A stretch of 54,510 nucleotides of DNA from Candidatus Lambdaproteobacteria bacterium RIFOXYD2_FULL_50_16 (GTDB taxonomy: Bacteria > SAR324 > XYD2-FULL-50-16), in assembly GCA_001783695.1 (NCBI GenBank), contig MFNE01000001.1:70-54579 (forward strand). The letters are read 5' to 3'. Shown here piece after piece: positions 1 through 9,049 of this stretch. The position numbers and the translations under genes were made by a program. Within the stretch, counting starts at the first letter, position 1. Each line of letters starts with the position of its first letter. The notes under the pieces are model-generated. The model saw only the letters and a list, made by a program, of their open reading frames with translations. It did not search any database and was not told the DNA's origin.

Positions 1-107
1 CTATGCAGCGGTCTTAAAACGTCAAAAAGCCTCGTTTTAAAGCGCCACTTTGACACACCAGCTTCAGGAGCGGGGCGGTAAACGGCCGATAAAAGCACGG
101 GTCGGGC

Positions 108-149
108 AAAAAAAAACCGAGAAAAGTAAATAACTTTTCTCGGTTTTTT
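108..149. terminator. Intrinsic, probably bidirectional terminator downstream of ihfB
   Basis: Inverted repeat aaaaaaccgagaaaagt-aaata-acttttctcggtttttt with an A-run on one side and a T-run on the other, ~45 bp past the ihfB stop. Confidence 0.85.
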
Positions 150-194
150 AAAGCACTTCCCCCCCAAAGAAACAACTAGATAGAGGACCTTTTT

Positions 195-515
195 TTATTT
201 GTCTAGATTTTCGTTGACCTGCTCGCGTAGTTCGCGACCGGGCCTAAATACGGGCAGCTTTTTAGGCTCGACTTGAACCTTTTCCCCGGTTTTGGGGTTG
301 CGACCTACATATTTGCCATACTCTTTAGTCGAAAAGCTGCCAAATCCACGAATCTCTACCCGGTCTCCCGCGCCCACCGCATCTTTAATACTGTTGAAAA
401 AGAGATTCACCGTTTCGCGGGCGATCTCAGTTTTCTGTTTAGAATTGGTTTCAATGGCCATTTTTTCCATCTCCACGACCAACTGATCAATTAGTTGGGA
501 TTTCTTCATCTTCAT
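195..515 (-). CDS. ihfB: Integration host factor beta / HU-family DNA-binding protein
   Basis: GDRVEIRGFGSF and GRNPKTGE..V..K..P.F.PG..LR motifs; GGAGGA SD upstream of the ATG. Confidence 0.88.
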   Translation of the reverse strand: MKMKKSQLIDQLVVEMEKMAIETNSKQKTEIARETVNLFFNSIKDAVGAGDRVEIRGFGSFSTKEYGKYVGRNPKTGEKVQVEPKKLPVFRPGRELREQVNENLDK

Positions 516-544
516 TGGTTCCTCCGAATAAAACCAATTTTAAG

Positions 545-1282
545 TTAATTCATCCCCAATTTTGCCTTTAAACGGCTCAACTCGTCATCATCCTGATTCG
601 AAGTAGGACTGTTTAAAAGTTTGGGGGGTTGATCTGCCGAACCCAAAGCTCGCTGAATTTCCTCATCGAGTGATTTTGGGCGGTCAGCAAGGTCGGCGTA
701 AGCCGCCGAAAGCGCTTCCTGGTCCTCCACCTTTTGGCGCATACGTTCGAGCATCTCCACGGTGCCTTTAGGATCAGCCCCGGCAAGCTGTTTGTCTAGC
801 CTAGTAGCCGCCTTGGCGGCACTGCTTCTAGCTTGGAGAGTTTTAAGCTCATTTTTATATTGGTCAATCTGGCCTTTGATCCGGTCCACTTGACCTTGCA
901 TTCGGTTGACTACCTCGGTCTGTTGGCTCAAACCCGAGCCATACAATTGAATCCGTTTTTGGGCCTCTGCCTTATGAGCCAGAGCCCGCCGGGCTAAGTC
1001 TTCGGCTTGGGCGGGGTCCATTTGACCTGATTTAGCCCGACTCAGAAGCAACATCGCCTTTTCTTCATAATCAGCCGACTCTGTCTCGGCCTTTTGCAAC
1101 TCGGCCCGCTGCTTGTTAACCTGGGCTTTAACTTCCGCTAAGTCTTTGATCGCTTGTACATAATGCTTCTCAAGGTCGCGAATCCCTTGCTCGGTCATTT
1201 TGACCGGGTTTTCCAGTTGGTCTAATACCGAATGTCCTTCAGCTTCGCCGATCTTAAAAAGCCTTTGAAAAAGTCCTGCCAT
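545..1282 (-). CDS. pspA: PspA/IM30 (ESCRT-III-like) phage shock protein A family
   Basis: N-terminal amphipathic MAGLFQRLFKI..LDQLENP, long coiled coil, LARRAL, C-terminal DDELSRLKAKLG. Confidence 0.9.
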   Translation of the reverse strand: MAGLFQRLFKIGEAEGHSVLDQLENPVKMTEQGIRDLEKHYVQAIKDLAEVKAQVNKQRAELQKAETESADYEEKAMLLLSRAKSGQMDPAQAEDLARRALAHKAEAQKRIQLYGSGLSQQTEVVNRMQGQVDRIKGQIDQYKNELKTLQARSSAAKAATRLDKQLAGADPKGTVEMLERMRQKVEDQEALSAAYADLADRPKSLDEEIQRALGSADQPPKLLNSPTSNQDDDELSRLKAKLGMN

Positions 1283-1284
1283 GG

Positions 1285-1680
1285 TTATCCCCGATTCAGC
1301 GCAAGTAGTTCTGACGAAAACTCGGCCAACCCCAAACTTAAAGCGTTGATGCTGCCTTCGAATTCGTTAAAATCCAAGTTTTCTAATTCCAGCGTATCGC
1401 GAAACAAGATCCAATTACCGCTACCATCCATCACAAAGGCTCCATGGACCAACTCGCGGTTTATTTGCAGCAACCTTTTGAAATGGGGGCCACCTGCATT
1501 TTTAATCTGGTATATCGGCTGCTCAAAGATCAACAAAGCCCCTTCGCAATCAATCACCATCTGATGAATCGCTCGATCTGGCGCGGAAACAATCACTACT
1601 TGAGCAGAACCGTCCAGACGGGTTACTTCCAAGCCCATCTTTTGGCAGTACCCCACAATATCTTCGAAACCTTTAGCCAT
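1285..1680 (-). CDS. CesT/YbjN-like (type III chaperone fold) protein, likely PspA partner
   Basis: 131 aa, acidic; LLQINRELVHGAFV.D...ILFRDTLELENLD..E.EGSINAL resembles YbjN/Tir-chaperone-like proteins found next to pspA. Confidence 0.7.
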   Translation of the reverse strand: MAKGFEDIVGYCQKMGLEVTRLDGSAQVVIVSAPDRAIHQMVIDCEGALLIFEQPIYQIKNAGGPHFKRLLQINRELVHGAFVMDGSGNWILFRDTLELENLDFNEFEGSINALSLGLAEFSSELLALNRG

Positions 1681-1681
1681 T

Positions 1682-3364
1682 TTAATAAAGCTGTTTGCGT
1701 TTGTTTGAGGGAAGTAGGTTCATGGCCTCGCGGTACTTGGCCACGGTCCGTCTTGCTACCTTGATCTGTTCTGCTTCTTTAAGCATGTTTTTGATCTGTA
1801 AATCGGTCAAAGGTCTTTTTTTGTCTTCCGTATCAATCAGCTTCTTAATGTAATCTTTGATCTTTTTAGAACTGATTACATCGCCGTCCCCCTGATCAAT
1901 CCCAGAGGTAAAAAAGTATTTTAATTCAAAGATCCCTTGGGGTGTATAGACATATTTATTGGTCGTGATCCGACTAACTGTCGATTCATGCACCTCTATG
2001 TCCTCTGCTACGTCCTTTAACACCAAAGGCTTGAGGTAGTCGATACCTTTTTCAAAAAACTCATATTGATACTTGAGAATTGATTTGGCTACTCGATAAA
2101 TAGTTTTTTGTCGCTGTTCAATCGACTTCATCAGCCAATCGCCCGCCTTGATCTTCTCTTGCAGGTACAAATAGGTCATGTCTTCAGACTCGCTAGCGGG
2201 CTTCTTTTGAACCGCTTCTTTGACCTTTTGCTCAGAAATCAATTGTTGATAATAGGGGTTGATCCGCAGCTTAGGCAGCGATTCGTGGTTCATACTCACC
2301 ACATACTCGGCACCTCGTTTATAAATAAAAACGTCTGGGACCACATACTGGGTGACCTCTCTCCCGTAAGGGCGACCTGGCTTGGGTTCAAGCTCGGTAA
2401 TCAATTGATAAGCGGCCACCACTTCGTCAATCTCTGCTTTTTGTAGTCGGGCGATACGCTTTAGGTCTTTTTGCTCTAAAAGGTGCATTTGCTGGTCGAT
2501 AATCCGCCACTCAAGACTTCCCTCTAGCTTCAAAGCCCGCAGTTGCAAAAGCAAACATTCTTTTAGGTTGCGAGCCCCAACGCCAGGCGGATCGAAGTTT
2601 TGCACCCGTTTTAAAACCCGCTCCACCACCGCGCAATGGGCATTAGAGACAAGGTCCATCACGTCCATCGGTTCGCCCAATTCTTCTTCTTCGTCTTCCT
2701 CAAATTCAGGGCGTTTTCGTTTGCCTTTGACCGGTTCCTTTTTAGCCCGCAGGTCATGGCGTTCGTCAAAAAGGTTATTTTCCTTACTCCAGCCTGGAGC
2801 ATCAATCAAGCCATCACTTAGAGCTTGGGTCAATAGTTTTTGCAAACCCGGAGTCGAGGCTAAAAGCTCACGGATACTAACCGAAAGGTAGCCGTCTTCG
2901 TCGATGTTGCCAATTAGGTATTCGGCAATTTCGTGTTCGACTTCTTCTAAACGAGAGATATCGAGTTGCCACAAGAGGTGGTCCGCTAGGGACTCGGTGC
3001 GGCTGATGGTGGCTTCTAAGGGGTTAGAATCTTCGTCGGGCTCATGGGAGCGACTTTCTTGGATAACCCCTGCCCCTGATTCAACGTAATGTTGCCATTC
3101 TTCATCGTAGCTAAGCTGTTCTTGCTCATCAATCAGGTTTTCGGACTCGCCTTCATCCTCTTTTTTTTCCTCTTCTTTTTCTTCCTCTCTGACCTCGGCG
3201 TCGGACAGTTCTTCTAAGGTCGGGTTTTCAATCAACGCTTGGTCGATCAATTCCTGGAGCTCGACCCGAGAGAGCTGTAAGAGTTTAATTGCCTGTTGGA
3301 GCTGAGGAGTCATGATGAGCTGTTGGCTCATCTTCATCTCCAGCCCCATTTTCATACTGGCCAT
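1682..3364 (-). CDS. rpoN: RNA polymerase sigma-54 factor
   Basis: Region I MTPQLQQAIKLLQL; HESTVSR helix-turn-helix; ELKYFF; RpoN box ARRTVAKYRE. Confidence 0.98.
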   Translation of the reverse strand: MASMKMGLEMKMSQQLIMTPQLQQAIKLLQLSRVELQELIDQALIENPTLEELSDAEVREEEKEEEKKEDEGESENLIDEQEQLSYDEEWQHYVESGAGVIQESRSHEPDEDSNPLEATISRTESLADHLLWQLDISRLEEVEHEIAEYLIGNIDEDGYLSVSIRELLASTPGLQKLLTQALSDGLIDAPGWSKENNLFDERHDLRAKKEPVKGKRKRPEFEEDEEEELGEPMDVMDLVSNAHCAVVERVLKRVQNFDPPGVGARNLKECLLLQLRALKLEGSLEWRIIDQQMHLLEQKDLKRIARLQKAEIDEVVAAYQLITELEPKPGRPYGREVTQYVVPDVFIYKRGAEYVVSMNHESLPKLRINPYYQQLISEQKVKEAVQKKPASESEDMTYLYLQEKIKAGDWLMKSIEQRQKTIYRVAKSILKYQYEFFEKGIDYLKPLVLKDVAEDIEVHESTVSRITTNKYVYTPQGIFELKYFFTSGIDQGDGDVISSKKIKDYIKKLIDTEDKKRPLTDLQIKNMLKEAEQIKVARRTVAKYREAMNLLPSNKRKQLY

Positions 3365-3404
3365 GTCGGTCGAAATAAGGGTTTAAGAGTGTCTATTGGC
3401 CTGA

Positions 3405-3433
3405 ATCCTAGGCGTTACAGGGCTTAATGTCAA
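3405..3433 (-). promoter_or_regulatory. Sigma70-type promoter for the rpoN-cesT-pspA-ihfB operon
   Basis: Minus strand TTGACA-N17-TAGGAT, 40 bp upstream of the rpoN ATG. Confidence 0.7.
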
Positions 3434-3459
3434 AAGATTCGAGCAGTTTTTAACCATTT

Positions 3460-4893
3460 TTAGGCAATCCGGGCGATTAGTTCCCCGCATAGTAGCTGTA
3501 AACTAAGGGAATCGTAGCCAAAACAGCTCCATTTTTGGAGTGCTGGCACCACCTGATCCTCGCCATCGGATAGGTCCAAATGAATCACGGCACCACCTCG
3601 GCCTAAGACGATTTGCGCCTCTTCCCAAGCCTCGTGAAACCTAGCGTTTCTGGTGATAAGTAACACCAATTCCCCCCGGCCTTTGGATTCGACCACAATA
3701 TCCTCCAATGCCTTTAAATTAGACAAACTAATTTGAGAATATCGTTCGACTGGGGCCAATTGTTCAGCCATTTTTCGAATCAGGCTGGTTTGCACTTGGT
3801 CTGCGTTAATCCCTTCAAACCTGCGGGCGCTAACCTCAATAAGATGCCAAGGACCGCCGTGGCGAATCGGTTGTCCTTCGACCTTTAGGGTTTTCTGCCT
3901 TAGGTCTAAGGCTTCAGATATCCCACCCAGGGGGAGTGGCTGGGTCGGCTTAGGTCTATTAAATAGGGCTTCAATCCTGGCGTTTGGCCCCATGATTTCC
4001 TCAGAACGCAACACCTCAGCCAATTGGCGTTGAAAAAACCGATCCTTTTTGAGGCTATAACTACTCACCCAAAGGTCTAGCCCAGCATTGGCACCTAGTT
4101 CGATCATTTCTTTGGGCGCGAATCGTACGCTTAGCCCTTGCATCTCCAAACAATCTGAAACCACCAACCCCTTAAATCCTAACTCCCGTTTCAAAATACC
4201 CGAAAGCACTCGTTCAGATAGGCTGGCTGGGTACTCGGGGTCTAGGTCCAAATAGGTCAGGTGAGCGGGCATTACCAAAGGCACCCCACCTTCGATTAAT
4301 TTTTTAAAGGGGACTAAATCGAGTTCGTCTAAACTTTGCCGGGTAAACGCCACCTCACCCGCTTTAAAATGACTGTCCTCAAAGGCCCGCCCGTGGCCAG
4401 GAAAGTGTTTTGCTACCGATAGCATCCCCGCCTCTTTGTGGGCCTCAAGCACGGCTAATCCCCAATTGGCTACGGCGTTTGGGTCCGCGCTAAAACCCCG
4501 GATTCCGATTACCGGGGAAACCGAATCAAATAGGTCAATACAGGGCGCAAAGTTTAAATCGAACCCAAAATGGGCGGGCAAAGCCGCTAACATTTTTGCC
4601 GCTTTTTTTAAAGAAATCGGGTCCTCTAGGTGACTTAGGGCGTAAGCACTGGGCGGGAAGGCAAAGTTCGCAGGAAATCGGTTGACCACACCCCCTTCAT
4701 GGTCCAGGCTTATCAAGACCGGGCTTAACAGAGCGCGTAATTCGGCGATTAACCAGCGGATTTGCTCCTCGTTATCCAGATTTCGTTTAAACAGAATAAT
4801 ACCCCAAGGGTTGATCTCGGCGAGGTGCCTTTTGGTGTCCTCATCAAGGCTAAGGCCGTCGAAGCCCAAGATCAGGGGAACCTTTGGTTTCAT
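3460..4893 (-). CDS. nagZ: Beta-N-acetylhexosaminidase (GH3) with C-terminal extension
   Basis: G.ILFKRN, DHEGG.V.R, KHFPGHG...EDSH catalytic motif, SDCLEM. Confidence 0.9.
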   Translation of the reverse strand: MKPKVPLILGFDGLSLDEDTKRHLAEINPWGIILFKRNLDNEEQIRWLIAELRALLSPVLISLDHEGGVVNRFPANFAFPPSAYALSHLEDPISLKKAAKMLAALPAHFGFDLNFAPCIDLFDSVSPVIGIRGFSADPNAVANWGLAVLEAHKEAGMLSVAKHFPGHGRAFEDSHFKAGEVAFTRQSLDELDLVPFKKLIEGGVPLVMPAHLTYLDLDPEYPASLSERVLSGILKRELGFKGLVVSDCLEMQGLSVRFAPKEMIELGANAGLDLWVSSYSLKKDRFFQRQLAEVLRSEEIMGPNARIEALFNRPKPTQPLPLGGISEALDLRQKTLKVEGQPIRHGGPWHLIEVSARRFEGINADQVQTSLIRKMAEQLAPVERYSQISLSNLKALEDIVVESKGRGELVLLITRNARFHEAWEEAQIVLGRGGAVIHLDLSDGEDQVVPALQKWSCFGYDSLSLQLLCGELIARIA

Positions 4894-4902
4894 GGAGTCC
4901 TT

Positions 4903-6042
4903 TTGCGTCGATTACTGGCGTTAGCCGAAAAAGAAAAGCGTCTGGTTTTAGGGATGATGACCGGGACCAGCCTAGACGGGCTCGACCTCGGCTTGTTCTG
5001 GATCAGTGGTCAAAAGACCCAAGTCAAGATAGAGCAAGCGGCCTTCACCACTGAACCCTACCCTGAATCGTTAAGGGCTGCAATCATCCGTTGCTTTCAC
5101 GGCTCTGCCCAAGAGATTTGCCGTCTTAATATGGACCTAGGTCAATTTTATGCTTCTAGGGCGCTGGATTTTGCAAGCGACCAAGCGCATTTGGGGCCCA
5201 TTGACCTAGTAGGCTCCCATGGCCAAACCATTTGGCACGTACATGGTCACTCTAGTCTGCAAACCGGCGAAGCTACCCTTTTAGCACAAACCTTAGGTTG
5301 CCCGGTGGTTTCAGACTTTCGGGTATCAGACATCAGCCAAGGGGGTTCTGGTGCGCCGCTGGTTCCCTACCTTGATCGTATTTTTTATGGCCAATCGGGC
5401 CTTAACACGGCCCTTTTAAACCTAGGTGGGATTGGCAACGTCACCTATTTACCTGCTGATCCTAACGAACCGTTGATCGCTTTCGACACTGGCCCGGCCA
5501 ACGGGATTTTAAACGAAGCCGCCTTTATTATCAGCCATGGTGGTTCTACTTGCGACCTAGACGCGCAGTTCTCCTCCTTAGGCAAGGTTGATCCCCAACT
5601 ATTAGCCCTGTTACTCGATCATCCTTATTTTAAGCTACGCCCGCCCAAATCTACAGGCCGCGAATTGTTTGGGCAGCCTTATGTGCAAAGTATCTTTAAC
5701 AAATGGCCAGGTGGTCATTTCGACCTATTGCGCAACCTAGTGGCCTTTGTGGCGCACTCGGTGGCTCTTAGCTTTGAACAGCATTTACCCAAGCTAGACC
5801 GACTTTTTGTTTCTGGCGGTGGCGCCCATCACCCCCTTTTAATGGCTGACCTCAAAGAGCGACTGGCCCCCCTTTCTGTTGAACCCCTGCCAACGACCAG
5901 CGCTTTTACCGCAGATTCGAAGGAAGCAGCAGCCTTCGCTTTGTTTGCTCATGAACGAATCAACAGCAATCCCACAAGTCTGCCAGAGGTAACCGGTGCC
6001 AGAAGGGCGGTAAGTATGGGAAAAATCAGCTTGCCCGACTAG
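4903..6042 (+). CDS. anmK: Anhydro-N-acetylmuramic acid kinase; start probably TTG 4903 rather than 4762
   Basis: GMMTGTSLDG.D, GSHGQT, DFR..D...GG.GAPL, LNLGGIGNVT, FDTGPAN, PKSTGRE.F, KEAAAFA; GGAG at 4894-4897. Confidence 0.95.
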   Translation: MRRLLALAEKEKRLVLGMMTGTSLDGLDLGLFWISGQKTQVKIEQAAFTTEPYPESLRAAIIRCFHGSAQEICRLNMDLGQFYASRALDFASDQAHLGPIDLVGSHGQTIWHVHGHSSLQTGEATLLAQTLGCPVVSDFRVSDISQGGSGAPLVPYLDRIFYGQSGLNTALLNLGGIGNVTYLPADPNEPLIAFDTGPANGILNEAAFIISHGGSTCDLDAQFSSLGKVDPQLLALLLDHPYFKLRPPKSTGRELFGQPYVQSIFNKWPGGHFDLLRNLVAFVAHSVALSFEQHLPKLDRLFVSGGGAHHPLLMADLKERLAPLSVEPLPTTSAFTADSKEAAAFALFAHERINSNPTSLPEVTGARRAVSMGKISLPD

Positions 6043-6515
6043 GCAAGGGCCTCCCAGGCCGCTAAGGCCGCTCGGTACACCTGCTCTAGCGGAACCGAGG
6101 CGGAATTTGCCAGGGCGAGGCAATCTTCGAATTCGGGGCTAGCCTGCATCAACTCCCCGTCCATATAGCCCAATTTAACCCCAACTCCCCCCCAAGGCGT
6201 TTGGACAAGGAACCATCGTTTTTCTAACCGGTGGCAGGTGACTGGGTGGTATCTTAAACCTAAGGTTTTGGTTTCGTTAAATATAAGCCGCTCAATCTTC
6301 TCTAAATCTGCCCCCATTGCTAAAACCTGTAAGCAAACCGCAAGCCGTCCCTTTTTCATCACAATCGGGGTTAGCCAAGCATCTTTGGCCCCGGCTTTAA
6401 GCAGCCGGTCAAGCAGAGGAGCTAAGGTTTCAGGGCTTTGATTATCCAGGTTGCAGGCGATTTCTAGCAGATCTTTATCGATCTGTTCCTCTTCCAGTTT
6501 ACGAGGCGCGCTCAT
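6039..6515 (-). CDS. LarC (DUF111) nickel-insertion protein, C-terminal half only (LarC2-like)
   Basis: E..NLD..PE, GA.DAW.TPI.MKK.R, ET.TLGLR, TPWG.V.VK, PEFEDC..LA; lacks the N-terminal His-rich LarC1 part. Confidence 0.8.
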   Translation of the reverse strand: MSAPRKLEEEQIDKDLLEIACNLDNQSPETLAPLLDRLLKAGAKDAWLTPIVMKKGRLAVCLQVLAMGADLEKIERLIFNETKTLGLRYHPVTCHRLEKRWFLVQTPWGGVGVKLGYMDGELMQASPEFEDCLALANSASVPLEQVYRAALAAWEALA

Positions 6516-7095
6516 ACCGCTCCCGCCATTCTATGTAAGAGATTCCCAAGCTTTCTGCCTTCTTTTTTCGATATAAGGTCAGGTATTTCATGGTAGCCCA
6601 ATAAGACAAAATCGCTAAGGGTGTGGCCCAAAAAAGGCTGCCAATAATCATTGGGTAACCCAAATCAACTAAAAGAAACTGCCCTCCCTCAAGGGCTTTG
6701 CCCCAACTAGAAAGCGCTGGGTTTTCAGTGATGGCTTCTAATTTTTTCTCAAAGTCCGCATACCCCATACCCACTACTTCCTTACCCAAGAGATGAAAGA
6801 ACCCCACCCCAGTGGCTAAAAAACCATAATATAAGGGCACTAACGTAATAGGGTTACTCAGCCAAACCAAAGCTGTACCCACAACTAAATCAAAACGGAA
6901 ACGAAATATATATTTAAATATCAACCAAATCATAAAGACCTCCCACATCTGTATCCCTACGGTGGGGGTCATCCCGGCAAACATCCCTACCGCCGCGCCC
7001 ACCGCCACTGAACGGACCGGCAAATGGGACTCCAGAACGGGTCTAATTATATGAAGATTGATCTTTTCTTTGATCTTTGCGAAGAGGTTGGCCAT
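6499..7095 (-). CDS. DUF2062-family membrane protein
   Basis: VA.G.AVG.F.G..P..G.Q and W.SNP.T..P.Y motifs; hydrophobic segments. Confidence 0.8.
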   Translation of the reverse strand: MANLFAKIKEKINLHIIRPVLESHLPVRSVAVGAAVGMFAGMTPTVGIQMWEVFMIWLIFKYIFRFRFDLVVGTALVWLSNPITLVPLYYGFLATGVGFFHLLGKEVVGMGYADFEKKLEAITENPALSSWGKALEGGQFLLVDLGYPMIIGSLFWATPLAILSYWATMKYLTLYRKKKAESLGISYIEWRERYERAS

Positions 7096-7317
7096 GTATT
7101 ATCTCAACTCCCTCCCATCGAGGAAAACGGTCCCTAAAATAGCCAAAATACGCAAGAAGGTGAACTTAGCGCGGTAGGCTGCAAATGGGTTGTTTTTTTT
7201 AGCCGCCTTATGGCTCCTTTTATAAAAGCCTAAAAGCCCTATGGATAAAGGCATGGTGCTCCTAATTTTGGAAAGTTGGGCTAGGGTACTTTTTTTTTAG
7301 GATTCTGCAAATTGCCC

Positions 7318-7346
7318 TTTTCATAGCGCCCACCGGACCTTATAAT
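7318..7346 (+). promoter_or_regulatory. Putative sigma70 promoter of leuA
   Basis: TTTTCA-N17-TATAAT (perfect -10) 55 bp upstream of the ATG; GGAG SD. Confidence 0.5.
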
Positions 7347-7401
7347 ATGAGACTAAACGCTTTTTCAACCATTAACCTCGGCGAGCCCGATACGGAGCCC
7401 C

Positions 7402-8949
7402 ATGGACCCCCAGCGTATTTATATTTTTGATACCACTTTACGCGACGGTGAGCAATCACCAGGTTGCAGCATGAATCAGGAAGAAAAACTGATGATGGCC
7501 AAGCAACTCGCTCGCCTCGGGGTGGATTCGATCGAGGCTGGGTTTGCCGCCAGTAGCCCTGGGGATTTTCAGTCGGTTCAGATGATTGGCCATGAGCTTA
7601 AAGGCCCAAGGGTGGTCTCTTTGTGCCGAGTGATGGATAATGACATTGACGCCGGGGTGAATGCCCTAAAGGGCAGCCACAATTGGGGAATTCATTGTTT
7701 TATTTCCACTAGTGACCTGCATTTAAAAGAAAAATTGCGGATCGACCGGGCGCAGGCTTTGGCCAAGGCTGTGCGCGCCGTAGAGCGGGCAAAGGCGCAT
7801 ACGGAGAACGTCGAATTTTCTTGCGAAGACGCCACGCGCTCGGACATTGAGTATTTGATAGAGATTTGCTCGGCTGTGGTTAAGGCCGGGGCAACCATCC
7901 TCAACATCCCCGACACCGTAGGCTACACGACCCCTTTAGAGATGTACGCTTTATTTAATCGTTTAAAAAACGAGGTTTACCGAGGCGACGAGGTGGTGTT
8001 TTCGGCTCACTGCCACAACGATTTGGGGCTAGCAGTAGCCAACAGCTTGGCGGCCCTTCAAGGCGGCGCCAAACAAATCGAATGCACTATCAACGGGATC
8101 GGCGAACGGGCAGGCAATACTAGCCTAGAAGAGTTGGTAATGGCGTTGCAGGTACGGGGTCAATACTACGGGCTTAAACACCAAGTGGACACCACCCAAT
8201 TGATCCATTCCTCTAAATTGCTGACCAAGCTTACCGGCCAGTTGGTGCAGGCAAACAAAGCCATCGTGGGTGACAACGCCTTTGCCCACGAGTCAGGCAT
8301 TCACCAAGATGGGATGCTAAAAAACCGTCTTACCTATGAGATTATGACCCCCGAATCGGTAGGCCTCTCCAAGTCCAACTTGGTGATGGGCAAACACTCC
8401 GGTCGGGCGGCCTTGGTCGAACGGGTTAAGGAATTGGGCTATCAAGTCAACGACGAAGAATTAGCCCGCATTTTTGAGGAATTTAAAAAACTCGCCGACA
8501 AAAAGAAGGTGGTTTATGACGAGGACCTGGAACTATTGATTGCCGGGGACCGGGTGCAACGTAAGGACCGATACCGATTACTGCGAATCAACGTATTTTC
8601 CGGTACAGACGCACCCCCTACCGCAACGGTTACCCTAATGCGAGATGAGGAGGAACTGCCTCCCCATTCGGCCTTAGGTGCGGGCCCTATCGATGCAGGG
8701 CTTAATTGCATAAAGGAAATTTTGGGTTCAACTTGTCGGCTTACCAAGTTTTCGGTGCAGTCGATCACGGGCGGAACGGACGCCCAAGGGATTGTTTCGA
8801 TTGGCGTTGAGGAAGGGGGTTTGGCCACCTCAGGTCGTGGCTCAAACACCGACATTTTTATCGCCGCCGCCCATGCGTTTGTGGACGCCTTGAACCGATT
8901 GGAGCTTAAAAAAACCAATCAAGCCAAGGCCTCGGTTGAAACGATTTAA
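7402..8949 (+). CDS. leuA: 2-isopropylmalate synthase
   Basis: DTTLRDGEQ, HCHNDLGLAVAN, GIGERAGN, HESGIHQDG, GKHSGR; C-terminal regulatory domain. Confidence 0.97.
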   Translation: MDPQRIYIFDTTLRDGEQSPGCSMNQEEKLMMAKQLARLGVDSIEAGFAASSPGDFQSVQMIGHELKGPRVVSLCRVMDNDIDAGVNALKGSHNWGIHCFISTSDLHLKEKLRIDRAQALAKAVRAVERAKAHTENVEFSCEDATRSDIEYLIEICSAVVKAGATILNIPDTVGYTTPLEMYALFNRLKNEVYRGDEVVFSAHCHNDLGLAVANSLAALQGGAKQIECTINGIGERAGNTSLEELVMALQVRGQYYGLKHQVDTTQLIHSSKLLTKLTGQLVQANKAIVGDNAFAHESGIHQDGMLKNRLTYEIMTPESVGLSKSNLVMGKHSGRAALVERVKELGYQVNDEELARIFEEFKKLADKKKVVYDEDLELLIAGDRVQRKDRYRLLRINVFSGTDAPPTATVTLMRDEEELPPHSALGAGPIDAGLNCIKEILGSTCRLTKFSVQSITGGTDAQGIVSIGVEEGGLATSGRGSNTDIFIAAAHAFVDALNRLELKKTNQAKASVETI

Positions 8950-8981
8950 TACCAGTCCCCTTAAAAGGGGATGAGTATTAG

Positions 8982-9010
8982 TTGATCTTTGTTGGTTAAG
9001 GCCTTATACT
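8982..9010 (+). promoter_or_regulatory. Sigma70 promoter of the lon-miaA operon
   Basis: TTGATC-N17-TATACT, preceded by a short hairpin tcccct-taaa-agggga after the leuA stop. Confidence 0.65.
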
Positions 9011-9049
9011 TAAAAGCGAATAGTCGCAGCCAACCCTTTGAGCCTCTAC

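Noticed and set aside
1-81. Possible 3' end of a + strand ORF (LCSGLKTS...GAGR*)
   Set aside because: Too short to identify; no recognisable motif
4762-4902. N-terminal extension of anmK overlapping nagZ
   Set aside because: Antisense to conserved nagZ N-terminal motifs; a better start with SD exists at 4903
7241-7300. Possible leu attenuator leader MDKGMVLLILESWARVLFF upstream of leuA
   Set aside because: No SD, no clear terminator/antiterminator pair, and it lies upstream of the best -10 box
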